DNA of 10,212 nucleotides from a virus (lineage: Duplodnaviria > Heunggongvirae > Uroviricota > Caudoviricetes), in IMG/VR virus record IMGVR_UViG_2740892487_000003; one strand, written 5' to 3'. Position numbers and translations under genes: made by a program. Below, in pieces: positions 1 through 7,733 of this stretch (position 1 is its first letter; each line of letters opens with the position of its first letter). The notes beneath the pieces were generated by a model. That model saw only the letters and a list, made by a program, of their open reading frames with translations, had not been told where the DNA came from and searched no databases.

Positions 1-1
1 C

Positions 2-157
<156 letters not shown>

Positions 158-740
158 CTCGGTGGCCAGTTTTTGTTGACCACTTCATGTGCAGGGAGGC
201 TACAGTGTGCCACTGATTATTACCGCCAGTGACATAACGTCTCATCAGCCCGTCAGTAGAAAAATCAGTGCCCGTCATTTCGCAGGTATTTTTCAGTGGA
301 TGACCGGTATTTGTACTGAAAATATACCGCCATTCAATCCGCTGACAGACGAAGATAACTAACCTGTTATGGTTTTTAAGGGAGAGAGGAATATACCGGC
401 AGACAGTTTGAAACCTCAGCCACTTATTCTTCCTGATCACAGGTAATCATATATGGCAGACTGTAATACAGTCGCTTGTACTGAAAAGTATTCTGTATAA
501 AATATCCGTATTCATATCAGCACAAGGGACCATCAAATCCCTGCAGCACTCCTTACGTCAGTTATCCCGCATCACCCTGTGAGTACAGGATTTTTTATGA
601 GGTTACTTTTTTATTGAATGTATATAAATAATGAATAACCGCGGATTCTGATAATCCCCCCTGCAGGGAGCGGTAAATAGTAAATACATCAGTTAATACC
701 GTTTGTCTTTTTTAACAAAGAAAATAATCCTAGAATAATT

Positions 741-758
741 CCCGGGCATTTGCCCGGG
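741..758 (-). terminator. GC-rich hairpin just downstream of the int stop; possible intrinsic terminator
   Basis: cccgggc-attt-gcccggg (7-bp stem, 4-nt loop) lies 4 nt beyond the int stop codon (763-765 on the minus strand) and is followed on the minus strand by AT-rich sequence (AATTATTCTAGGATTATTTT) rather than a clean U tract. Confidence 0.35.
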
Positions 759-762
759 ATGA

Positions 763-2028
763 TTACTGTTTTAATGGATTATTAATCTTTGCATATTCAA
801 ATGGACTGATAAACCTTTCTCTGTTTACATCCAGAAAATCGGCCCACCACTGTAGCATCAATCGCCGTTCTTCCAGATGCTCTGCTTTATGGATATACGC
901 GGCCCTCACTGAATTTCGCTCCATGTGGCTCATCTGACGTTCAACAGCATCACGAGACCACAAACCTGATTCGACCAATGAACTACAGGCCATTGTTCGA
1001 AAGCCATGACCACAAACCTCTACTTTTGTATCATACCCCATGACCCGTAACGCACTATTTACCGTATTCTCACTCATGGGTTTGTGCGAATCGTGATCAC
1101 CAATAAATATCAAGTCATGGGCCCCATAAAACTGTTTTATCTGCTTTAAAATTGCAAGAGCTTGCGTTGAAAGAGGCACTAGATGCGTTGTACGCATTTT
1201 TGAGCCTCTATGGGAATGTTTCACTCCAGGAATAGGCTCCCGCTCCGGTGGGATAGTCCATATAGACGCTTCGAAATCGATCTCTGACCAACGAGCAAAA
1301 CGCAGCTCACTGGACCGAATAAAGATCAGCAAAGTGAGTTCTATCGCCCATCGGGTTAGCGGCCTACCAGTATAGCTATCTATTTTTGTAAGCAACTCAG
1401 GGATGCGCTTTAATTCAAGCGCGGGACGATGTTGTCGATTACAGGAAGCAACCGCCCCAGCCATCTCTTGTGCCGGGTTATAATCAATTAACCCACTTTG
1501 CACTGCATAGCGCATGATGGCTGTAGTGCGCTGCTGAAGACGAGCGGCCACTTCAAGACGTCCAGACATTTATACGGCCTTAATAGGTGCTAATAAATCT
1601 CGAGTTTTTAACTCAGCGATATTACGTTCACCAAGCGCTGCAAAAAGATTATCTTCAAGACTTTTTAGCACACGATGGGCGTGATCTTCAGACCACTTTT
1701 TATTGGTGCCATGCCACTCAATCGCGACTTCTTTAAAGGTTCGTGCTTTACTCTGTTCAACCTAATCATTTTTCTTTTTGTCTCCCGGATCGACGCCATT
1801 CGCAAGCAGCTTACGCGCCTCGTCACGACGTACTCTGGCATCCGCTAGTGTGATTTCAGGATAAACCCCAAGTGCCAGCATTTTTGCTTTCCCTCATAAC
1901 GGTACTGCAAACGCCAGTACTTAGAACCATTTGGATGGACAAGCAGATGCATACCGCCACCATCAGTCAGCTTATATTGCTTATCCGTTGGCTTGGCTGC
2001 TCTGACTTTGATATCTGTTAATGCCATC
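763..2028 (-). pseudogene. int: P4-type tyrosine integrase, disrupted by one frameshift and two in-frame stop codons
   Basis: Minus-strand ATG at 2028 is preceded by AGGGAGGG and starts MALTDIKVRAAKPTDKQYKLTDGGGMHLLVHPNGSKYWRLQYRYEGKQK, the typical P4-type integrase arm-binding N-terminus. After GKQK the frame changes at a run of 5 A (plus-strand T5 at 1881-1885); the other frame continues MLALGVYPEITLADARVRRDEARKLLANG... Two in-frame stops follow: TAG (plus-strand cta at 1762-1764) and TAA (plus-strand tta at 1570-1572). The 268-aa C-terminal ORF (763..1569) carries the catalytic region (HGFRTMACSS ... RAAYIH). Confidence 0.85.
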
Positions 2029-2175
2029 GTATTCCCTCCCTGTTGGTACAAGCATTATCGAACCGGAAATACCATCATCTGTACCAACATATGTTGGTAG
2101 ATGTACGTTGATATCGGTTGACCTTGAGAGAGTTAATATAGCGGGAAAGATAGATAAACACTGGATTTCAGGCAT

Positions 2176-2204
2176 AAAAAAAAGACCTCAGTTGAGGTCT
2201 ATTT
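2176..2204 (-). terminator. Intrinsic terminator between the att-like core and int (strong on the minus strand, weaker on the plus strand)
   Basis: A8 (2176-2183), stem gacctca (2184-2190), loop gt, stem tgaggtc (2193-2199), then tattt. On the minus strand this is a hairpin followed by U8. Confidence 0.55.
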
Positions 2205-2213
2205 ACATACTTT

Positions 2214-2235
2214 TGGTGCGAAGGCCGGACTCAAA
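2214..2235 (-). other. attP-like core: 22-nt copy of a tRNA 3' end (close to tRNA-Leu leuX), with no tRNA body upstream
   Basis: Minus strand reads TTTGAGTCCGGCCTTCGCACCA; the leuX 3' end as I recall it is TTCGAGTCCGGCCTTCGGCACCA (one substitution and one missing G). The sequence upstream on the minus strand (plus 2236-2300) is AT-rich and not tRNA-like, so this is a core copy, not a tRNA gene. P4 integrates at the 3' end of leuX (established). Confidence 0.5.
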
Positions 2236-2425
2236 TATCAAAATAAGTCAATGATAAAAAAACAAATAATAAAAAAACAAAAAATGAAATATGCCCCCTT
2301 TTGTGCCCCCACTGTTTTTCTGACCAATCTATTTTCAACCCATCAACAAATCGGAAAGTTAACTAATTTTTAATCAGTGAGTTTGGATCCGTAGCTCGGA
2401 TCCAAACCAGTGCATCTTTTACCCA

Positions 2426-2735
2426 CATAAAAAATTTTTTTTCGGAAGAACTGTTCACACTGTTCACCTTTCTGTTTTCTCCTTTTATTTCAGTTGGATA
2501 GGTGGTGAATAATGGGTGAAGGGTGAACATTCGATTCTTCACCTCCGGCATTCTGCCGGTGTGACTCATACCGGTGATTAATCCTCCGCACTGAAAATCA
2601 CACAGGAAGAAAAAAAAGTTTTTTTTTGATTTGATTGTTCACACTGTTCACCTTTCGTTTTTTTTCTTTTTAATTTCAGTGTGATAACGGGTGAATATAC
2701 GGTGAAGTGTGAACAGTGGATTGTTCACCTTCGGG
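2426..2735. repeat. crr-like region: two direct repeats of about 125 bp, each carrying TGTTCACC/GGTGAACA iterons
   Basis: Unit 1 about 2426-2550 and unit 2 about 2612-2735, offset 183 bp. Each opens with an A-run/T-run palindrome (2425-2444; 2619-2636), then TGTTCACA + TGTTCACC (2452-2459, 2462-2469; 2636-2643, 2645-2652) and inverted copies (GGTGAACA 2522-2529; TGTTCACC 2722-2729) plus degenerate octamers. P4 crr is described as two direct ~120-bp repeats with alpha-binding octamers (recalled). Confidence 0.6.
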
Positions 2736-2747
2736 GGATGTCGGGAT

Positions 2748-2774
2748 AAAAAAAAAGACCGGCAGATGCCGGTC
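2748..2774 (-). terminator. Intrinsic terminator immediately downstream of alpha
   Basis: Plus strand A9 (2748-2756) then gaccggc-agat-gccggtc (2757-2774). On the minus strand this is a hairpin followed by U9, 8 nt after the alpha stop codon (2782-2784). Confidence 0.5.
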
Positions 2775-2781
2775 AGGTGGG

Positions 2782-5116
2782 TCAGGCTATTGCAGGGTCG
2801 TCACATTTTGGCAGCCAGTCGCCGTAGCTTTCCTCTTTCAGCGTCAGGTTGGTCTGTATCCCCTGTTTGGTATGGCGCTTCTCGTAATTCAGTCCGTATT
2901 CCTTCAGCATCACCGGCAGCCCCAGCCCGAACATTTTCAGACTGAGTACATTCCGGTAGCCGTTTGCCTCCATGTAGGCCAGATAGGCGTGATAGAGGTA
3001 TTTACGGTAATTACGCGGGATGATACTGGCGTTCCCCATATACATGCCGCTGGTCTGCGGCAGGGTTTCCAGATAGCCGATAAAATCAAACGTCGGGTCG
3101 GCATCCCGTTTGATGTTCAGTGCCTCGTCTGAGTTCTGCTGGGACTGAAGCAGTGACCGGGCGAGCATCGGGTCGCTGAATTTCTGCATCAGGTGACGCA
3201 CGATGACCGCCAGCTCGCGGGTGATTTTGTCCTTAAGCTGCGGGTCGCGCTCCTGAGGGGCTATCTGTTCCGGGAAGTGAATAATCACCCGCCGGCGTGA
3301 CACGCCGCCGCTGCGGTCGGTGAAGCGCATCGGGTTATTGTTCACGGCCAGAATCACCGCCGGGATGTGCGTGGAGTACGCATCCCGGTATTTCGGGTCA
3401 ACGGACACCGCATCGCCGCCGGTGATGGCCTTGAGTCCGGCTCCGTCGCCGCTCCATTTTTCCTGGTCCGGCAGGCGTATCAGTGAGAAGCCAGTTAACG
3501 CGGCACGTTCACGCGGGGATTCCAGCGTCTCAATGGTGGCCGACGTGGCGTTATCCTCCCCGGCCAGCAGGGTGGCTATTTCGGCCATGATACTTTTGCC
3601 GCTGCCGCCGGGACCGGTCACCTCCAGAAAGAGCTGCCAGTCGTAGCGGTTTGCCAGCACCATAAACAGTGCGGCCAGAATCACGTCGCGTTTTTCCGCA
3701 CGGCCACCGGCGGCACGGTCAAGCCAGCGCCAGAACGCGGGGGCGTGGGTTTCCAGCGTTTCCCCTTCCACCGGCGGGGTGAAATCCACATCGCACAGGG
3801 TACGCATCCAGTGTGACGGACTGTGCGGGTGGAACGTGCCGTTCTGCGTGTCGAGCACGCCGTTACGAAAGCCAATCAGGCGGCGGGAGGGGGCTTCCTG
3901 CTGCGGAATAATCAGCTTCAGGGTGTCCACCACGGAGGCCACCTTCCCGGAGGAGAACGGCGCGCGCAGACGCTGAAACAGCCCGGCCACATCCCGGGCA
4001 AAGTCCTGTGGCGGCAGCACCTTCCAGACACCATTTTCATAGCGGGACAGAAGCTGGCCGTTGGCATCGACCGCGAGCGCCTCGCCGTAATGCTCATAGA
4101 TACGCATGGCCTTTTCGCTGGTACTCATGGCGGAAAACTCCGCTTCGCTCATGGTGTCGAACGGGCTTTCAGCCGGTGGCCGGATGGCATCATAAATGGC
4201 CTTACGGGTGGCTTCCCCGCCGTACTGCGTGAAGGCATCATTCCAGTCACCGAAGACCGGCGGCAGGGCAACAACACCTTCACACGCATCTGCGGCTGCG
4301 GCGGCTTTTTTTCTGGCCGTCACCGCTGAGGTCACGGTCAGCAGCAAGGACAATCTGACAGGCCGGATGCTTCTGCCGGGCAAGGCTGGCCAGAGAAAGG
4401 AGATTCACGGAAGAAAGCGCCACCATCACCGTTTCACCGGTCAGGTGATGCACGGTAAGTGCGGTCGCGTATCCCTCCGCTATCCACAGACGTTTTCCGG
4501 CCTGATTCTGTCCTTCAAGGGTGTGACAGGTGCCCCTGACCTGTCCGCCTTTCAGGGTGCGCTTACGGCCGTCAGCACTGATTAACTGAAGGTTAACCAG
4601 TTCGCCGCTGTCGTCATACAGTGGCACCACAAGGTCACCGGCACGCCAGCTCACGCCACCGGCTCTGTGTGTGCCGGTCAGCATCCGGCATTCCCGGCCG
4701 GGAAAGCCCTTGCGGGTCAGGTAGGCGTTACCGGTTCCGGGACGGGTTTTCGCCATCAGGGTTTGTGCCAGTGCGGCGGCGTTCTTCCGGGCGGCTTCTG
4801 TTTCAGCACCGGCGGCGGCCGTCACTGCCGGGCCAGCCGGGGGCAGGCTGCCGGTCACGGCAGCCACCTTTGCTGCCGCGTCGGACGGGGAAACACCAAA
4901 CACCTTTTCAACCAGTTTCAGGCCGTCACCGGCACCACACTGATTGCAGTACCAGGTGCCGCGCCCCTCCCTGTCATCAAAACGGAAGCGGTCACTCCCG
5001 CCACAGACCGGACAGGGCTGATGACGGTTTTTCAGCACCTGAATCCCCAGCGCCGGGAGAATACGCGGCCAGTGGCCGAGCGCATGGCTGACGGTGGCGG
5101 TTACGTTCATTTTCAT
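2782..5116 (-). pseudogene. alpha: P4 alpha-type primase-helicase (zinc-binding primase, TOPRIM, Walker-A helicase, C-terminal iteron-binding region), split by a +1 frameshift in an A7 run
   Basis: N-terminal ORF 4280..5116 (start MKMNVTAT, AGGAGAA 7 nt upstream) has CPVCGG...YCNQCG zinc motifs and a TOPRIM-like IAEGY...AADRD. C-terminal ORF 2782..4383 has GPGGSGKS. The frames switch at plus-strand T7 (4306-4312): the N frame reads GDGQKKSRRSRRCV*, the C frame reads ...ARKKAAAAADACEG. Combined length is about 776 aa, matching P4 alpha (777 aa, recalled). Confidence 0.85.
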
Positions 5117-5130
5117 GGTGTTGTTCTCCT

Positions 5131-5451
5131 TCAGTGCAGTACCGGCGCTTTTATGTGACGGGCACAGAGTTCATCCATCACAACCAGCCCGAGAAAGGAC
5201 AGCGACGGCGCGGCCTTCAGGGGGCCGGATTCCATTAAATCTTCCAGCAGGGCACAGGCTATCTGACGCCCTTTTTCCTCACCGTGCTGGCGCAGATAAA
5301 AGCCTTCCAGCTCAGCGGCGATGGCCGCCTCCAGTGACTCAAGGGTGAGATGCGGGTAGCGGTGCTGACGTTCGCACACGGTCAGCCAGGCACAGGCGAC
5401 AGCGCGACGGTAAAGGGCAGCGCGTAAGACGGGTGGTAAGGGTGTTTTCAT
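5131..5451 (-). CDS. Small hypothetical protein of the P4 left operon (106 aa; orf106-like)
   Basis: [25 protein letters not shown]... with GGGAGGAAA upstream of the ATG; same strand as and 14 nt upstream of alpha. Function unknown. Confidence 0.6.
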
Positions 5452-5586
5452 TTGTTTTCCTCCCTGTGACAGATGACTGCATTCCGTGCCGGTTGCATTA
5501 ACTGATAAGGCATATCTGCGTCTCCTGAAGACGTGCGTATCCCTGCGCGAATACGCACATTTAATTTTTCGGGTGTCGTTTTTTAA

Positions 5587-6042
5587 TTACAGATAATTGC
5601 GGTAACTGTTATCCGGGGTGATTTCCGGGTCAGGCTCCGTGCGGGGAATTTCCCGCCATTCCCGCGCCACCGGTGCCGCCCGGCTGACCGGAACAGTGTC
5701 CTGCGGGTAAATATCCAGATATTTCTCCCGCCATTTCTGTAATTCCGGGTCTCCGGCCATTTCTTTCAGTACCGCATGCCGGTTTACGGGGCTGCGTTTA
5801 AACAGGTCAGGACGGTCACAGGTAAATTCCCGCAGAAAACGCCCCAGCGGGATGTCTGTGGTGCGTCCGTCAGCGAGGATACGCACAAGGATACTGAATT
5901 TACGGCGGTACGGGTTCCAGACAATGTCCGGGCAGCGGTATGGCATTTCCCACGGAATACCGTCTTCCAGAATGCCGACCACGGCCACATCGGGAAAACC
6001 GGCAGAACGGTAAATCTCACCGGGCTGGGGAAAATCAAACAT
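5587..6042 (-). CDS. Hypothetical protein, 151 aa (P4 orf151-like)
   Basis: ORF MFDFPQPGEIYRSAGFPDVAVVGILEDGIPWEMPYR... Its ATG (6040-6042) overlaps the stop of the upstream epsilon-like ORF (ATGTTTGA), suggesting translational coupling. The length matches P4 orf151 (recalled). Confidence 0.6.
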   Translation of the reverse strand: MFDFPQPGEIYRSAGFPDVAVVGILEDGIPWEMPYRCPDIVWNPYRRKFSILVRILADGRTTDIPLGRFLREFTCDRPDLFKRSPVNRHAVLKEMAGDPELQKWREKYLDIYPQDTVPVSRAAPVAREWREIPRTEPDPEITPDNSYRNYL

Positions 6043-6316
6043 GCGTCCTGTCTCCCCGGTCTTTCTGCTGGGCGAGAAAATCGCGGCACAGGCCTTTGGC
6101 TTTCAGCTCATTCAGCACAAAATCAATATCTTCATTCAGGTAGCTGAAAATATGCGGAATGTAGAGCTGATGCAGGCCGGAGAGTTCACGGTGAATCAAA
6201 TCACCCCCAACAAACTGGGATACGGCGCTGGCGCGGTTGAGCTTATGGTAAGCCTCAATGCTGAGGTGTTCACGGGCGTCATGACGCGCTGAGACGGTCT
6301 GAGGGGCTTTTTTTAT
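6035..6316 (-). CDS. Epsilon-like small protein (93 codons) with no canonical start codon; first codon ATA in a TAATA stop/start overlap
   Basis: Open frame (ATA)KKAPQTVSARHDAREHLSIEAYHKLNRASAVSQFVGGDLIHRELSGLHQLYIPHIFSYLNEDIDFVLNELKAKGLCRDFLAQQKDRGDRTHV*. Its end overlaps the orf151 start. There is no in-frame ATG, GTG or TTG with a usable RBS; GGAGGT lies 12 nt upstream of the ATA. The position directly upstream of orf151 matches where I recall P4 epsilon; identity is inferred. Confidence 0.35.
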   Translation of the reverse strand: MKKAPQTVSARHDAREHLSIEAYHKLNRASAVSQFVGGDLIHRELSGLHQLYIPHIFSYLNEDIDFVLNELKAKGLCRDFLAQQKDRGDRTHV

Positions 6317-6513
6317 TACGCACGGGACACCTCCACCACCGGCAGACGGGCAGCAAGGGAGAGCACATAGTCACGGACAAGGGAACGGCGGGCGCTGCGT
6401 TCATCACCGGCGACGGTGCGAAGCATGCAGATACGGGGATGACGGTCTGCGCGACGGACAGCCGCAAACACAAAGACAAATTCAGGGTGTGAGGGGATAA
6501 GGGTCGTAGCCAT
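6316..6513 (-). CDS. Small ORF (65 aa) with a strong RBS, first translated gene after the leader; kil/eta-like by position
   Basis: ATG at 6513 (minus) preceded by GGAGGT with 7-nt spacing; [65 protein letters not shown]. The longer 166-aa version in the ORF track reads through an intrinsic terminator and is not supported. Confidence 0.35.
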   Translation of the reverse strand: MATTLIPSHPEFVFVFAAVRRADRHPRICMLRTVAGDERSARRSLVRDYVLSLAARLPVVEVSRA

Positions 6514-6761
6514 AAGGCAACCTCCGATAACAGCGTAAATGACGCTATCGCCGGAGTTTCCACGCTCGATGGCGATAGCCCAGACGGGGGTGGAAATACC
6601 GGCGTTATCGGAAACCGGCCAGCCCGGAGGCTGCCCCGCCTGAGCTACCATTGACTCTGCGGTATAATGAGCGGACGCGGGCAGAATGCACGGAGTGCCA
6701 TTTGCTCGACTGACCACACACCACACCATAATCTGGCGCTCTGTGGCGTTGATTGCGACAC

Positions 6762-6784
6762 AAAAAAAAGACGCATGGCGCGTC
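6762..6784 (-). terminator. Intrinsic terminator downstream of alpA/vis
   Basis: Plus strand A8 (6762-6769) then gacgc-atggc-gcgtc (6770-6784). On the minus strand this is a hairpin followed by U8, about 130 nt after the alpA stop. Confidence 0.5.
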
Positions 6785-6912
6785 ATATGTCGCCGATAAC
6801 ATACTCGGGTTTCCACGCCCGGCTGCCGATTTTGCGGCAGCGGAAAAACTATATCCGCAAATGCCGGAAAAAGGCAAGCCAGAAAAAGGGACTTTTTGCA
6901 GAGCGGGCATCA

Positions 6913-7178
6913 TCATGCGTCGTACCCCCGTTTGCGTCCGGCAATGCGCCCGGCCATCCATGCGGTGACTTCAGAGTGCAGCCAGGCCACATTTTTACCG
7001 CCAAGACTCACCTGCGGCGGAAATTCCCCCTTACGGATAAGTTCATAGATGGTCGAGCGTGACAGGCCGCACAGGTGCATCACTTCCGGCAGACGTAAAA
7101 ACGCTCCTGCGTGATGTCCGGCAGCGGCATCAGTGGCGTCACTGGGGCGGGAGACGGGGAAGAAAAAACAGATTGCAT
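6913..7178 (-). pseudogene. alpA: AlpA/Vis-family DNA-binding regulator/excisionase, frameshifted in a T5 run
   Basis: ATG at 7178 (GAGG 9 nt upstream) gives MQSVFSSPSPAPVTPLMPLPDITQERF, then the frame stops. The +1 frame continues LRLPEVMHLCGLSRSTIYELIRKGEFPPQVSLGGKNVAWLHSEVTAWMAGRIAGRKRGYDA*, the AlpA-type helix-turn-helix. The switch is at plus-strand A5 (7097-7101); one more T would restore an 88-aa protein. Confidence 0.7.
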
Positions 7179-7321
7179 CGGGCTACCTCGTTAATGTCCA
7201 TACAGCACCGGATAAGTCCGTCCGGCTTCGGGTAGCGCTTTATTTTGTGAATATTTTCAGCAGACGCAACAGGGGGGATTTGTTCCGGCAGTCTTATAAT
7301 GCTTGTGTGTTTTTTGTTCAT

Positions 7322-7352
7322 CTCCACTTAAAGTCATTTAAAGCCACTTAAA
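7322..7352. repeat. Three tandem 10-bp direct repeats (CCACTTAAAG / TCATTTAAAG / CCACTTAAAG)
   Basis: Seen directly at 7322-7352 in the alpA-sid intergenic control region; a candidate protein-binding array. Confidence 0.4.
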
Positions 7353-7452
7353 GCAATTCGTAATTTTTATAGTGAAATACAAATCGTTTTTTCTTATTCA
7401 TTCCCGGCGAATTAATAAAAAATAAAAAAGTAATAAACAGCACAAAAAGTCC

Positions 7453-7563
7453 ATGAACGGGTGAACAGTGGTGAACAGACGGTGAACAGTCATTACTGCG
7501 ATTGTTCACCCTTTAACTTACTGTATTACTTATCTTTTTTCTTATGGTGAACAGAGGTGAACA
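7453..7563. repeat. ori-like iteron cluster: six perfect octamers (5 x GGTGAACA, 1 x TGTTCACC)
   Basis: GGTGAACA at 7460-7467, 7470-7477, 7481-7488, 7546-7553, 7556-7563; TGTTCACC at 7503-7510; plus a partial at 7453-7459. Same octamer as the crr-like region, about 4.9 kb away, consistent with the P4 ori/crr arrangement (recalled). Confidence 0.6.
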
Positions 7564-7643
7564 GTAAAATATAAAAAAAACAAACAGTAAGACGGTTTTT
7601 CCTGCGACCTTTTCCTGGCTTGCCGGTGTGAGGATGAGTCTCC

Positions 7644-7661
7644 TGTGTCAGGGCTGGCACA
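7644..7661 (+). promoter_or_regulatory. Psid-type late promoter activator site (TGT-N12-ACA dyad, the Ogr/Delta binding motif)
   Basis: TGTgtcagggctggcACA at 7644-7661. The dyad centre lies about 80 nt upstream of the sid ATG, consistent with activator binding near -55 of a start site about 25 nt upstream of sid. Confidence 0.5.
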
Positions 7662-7733
7662 TCTGCAATGCGTCGTGTTGTTGTCCGGTGTACGTCACAA
7701 TTTTCTTAACCTGAAGTGACGAGGAGCCGGAAA

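Noticed and set aside
1845-2254. ORFs 1981..2175 (-), 2021..2254 (+) and 2363..2569 (-)
   Set aside because: They overlap the int N-terminus antisense, the terminator/att core, or the iteron repeats; no independent support.
2426-2735. Possible CRISPR array or tRNA gene from the short repeats
   Set aside because: The repeats are 8-bp iterons in both orientations with irregular spacing, not 28-37-bp direct repeats with unique spacers. The tRNA-like sequence at 2214-2235 is only a 22-nt 3' fragment.
3320-5158. Plus-strand ORFs inside alpha (3320..3646, 3779..3976, 3823..4329, 4008..4232, 4196..4585, 4621..5091, 4667..5158) and minus 3681..3875
   Set aside because: Antisense or out-of-frame open frames in a GC-rich gene; Arg/Pro/Gly-rich low-complexity translations; the alpha frames carry the recognisable primase and helicase motifs.
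6041-6292. 83-aa plus-strand ORF
   Set aside because: Antisense to the epsilon-like minus-strand frame, which is favoured by its overlap with the orf151 start and its position in the operon.
6316-6816. 166-aa minus-strand ORF as a single gene
   Set aside because: Its first part reads straight through an intrinsic terminator (hairpin plus U8 at 6762-6784) and the leader with complementary segments. Only the last 65 codons, starting at the RBS-supported ATG at 6513, are credible.
6605-7062. ORFs 6605..6961 (-), 6667..7062 (+) and 6753..6968 (+)
   Set aside because: They overlap alpA/vis and the terminator/leader in other frames or antisense; no RBS support; odd composition.
7139-7351. ORFs 7139..7327 (-) and 7133..7351 (+)
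   Set aside because: They span the alpA 5' region and control region in a third frame or antisense; the alpA N-terminal frame has the RBS and start.
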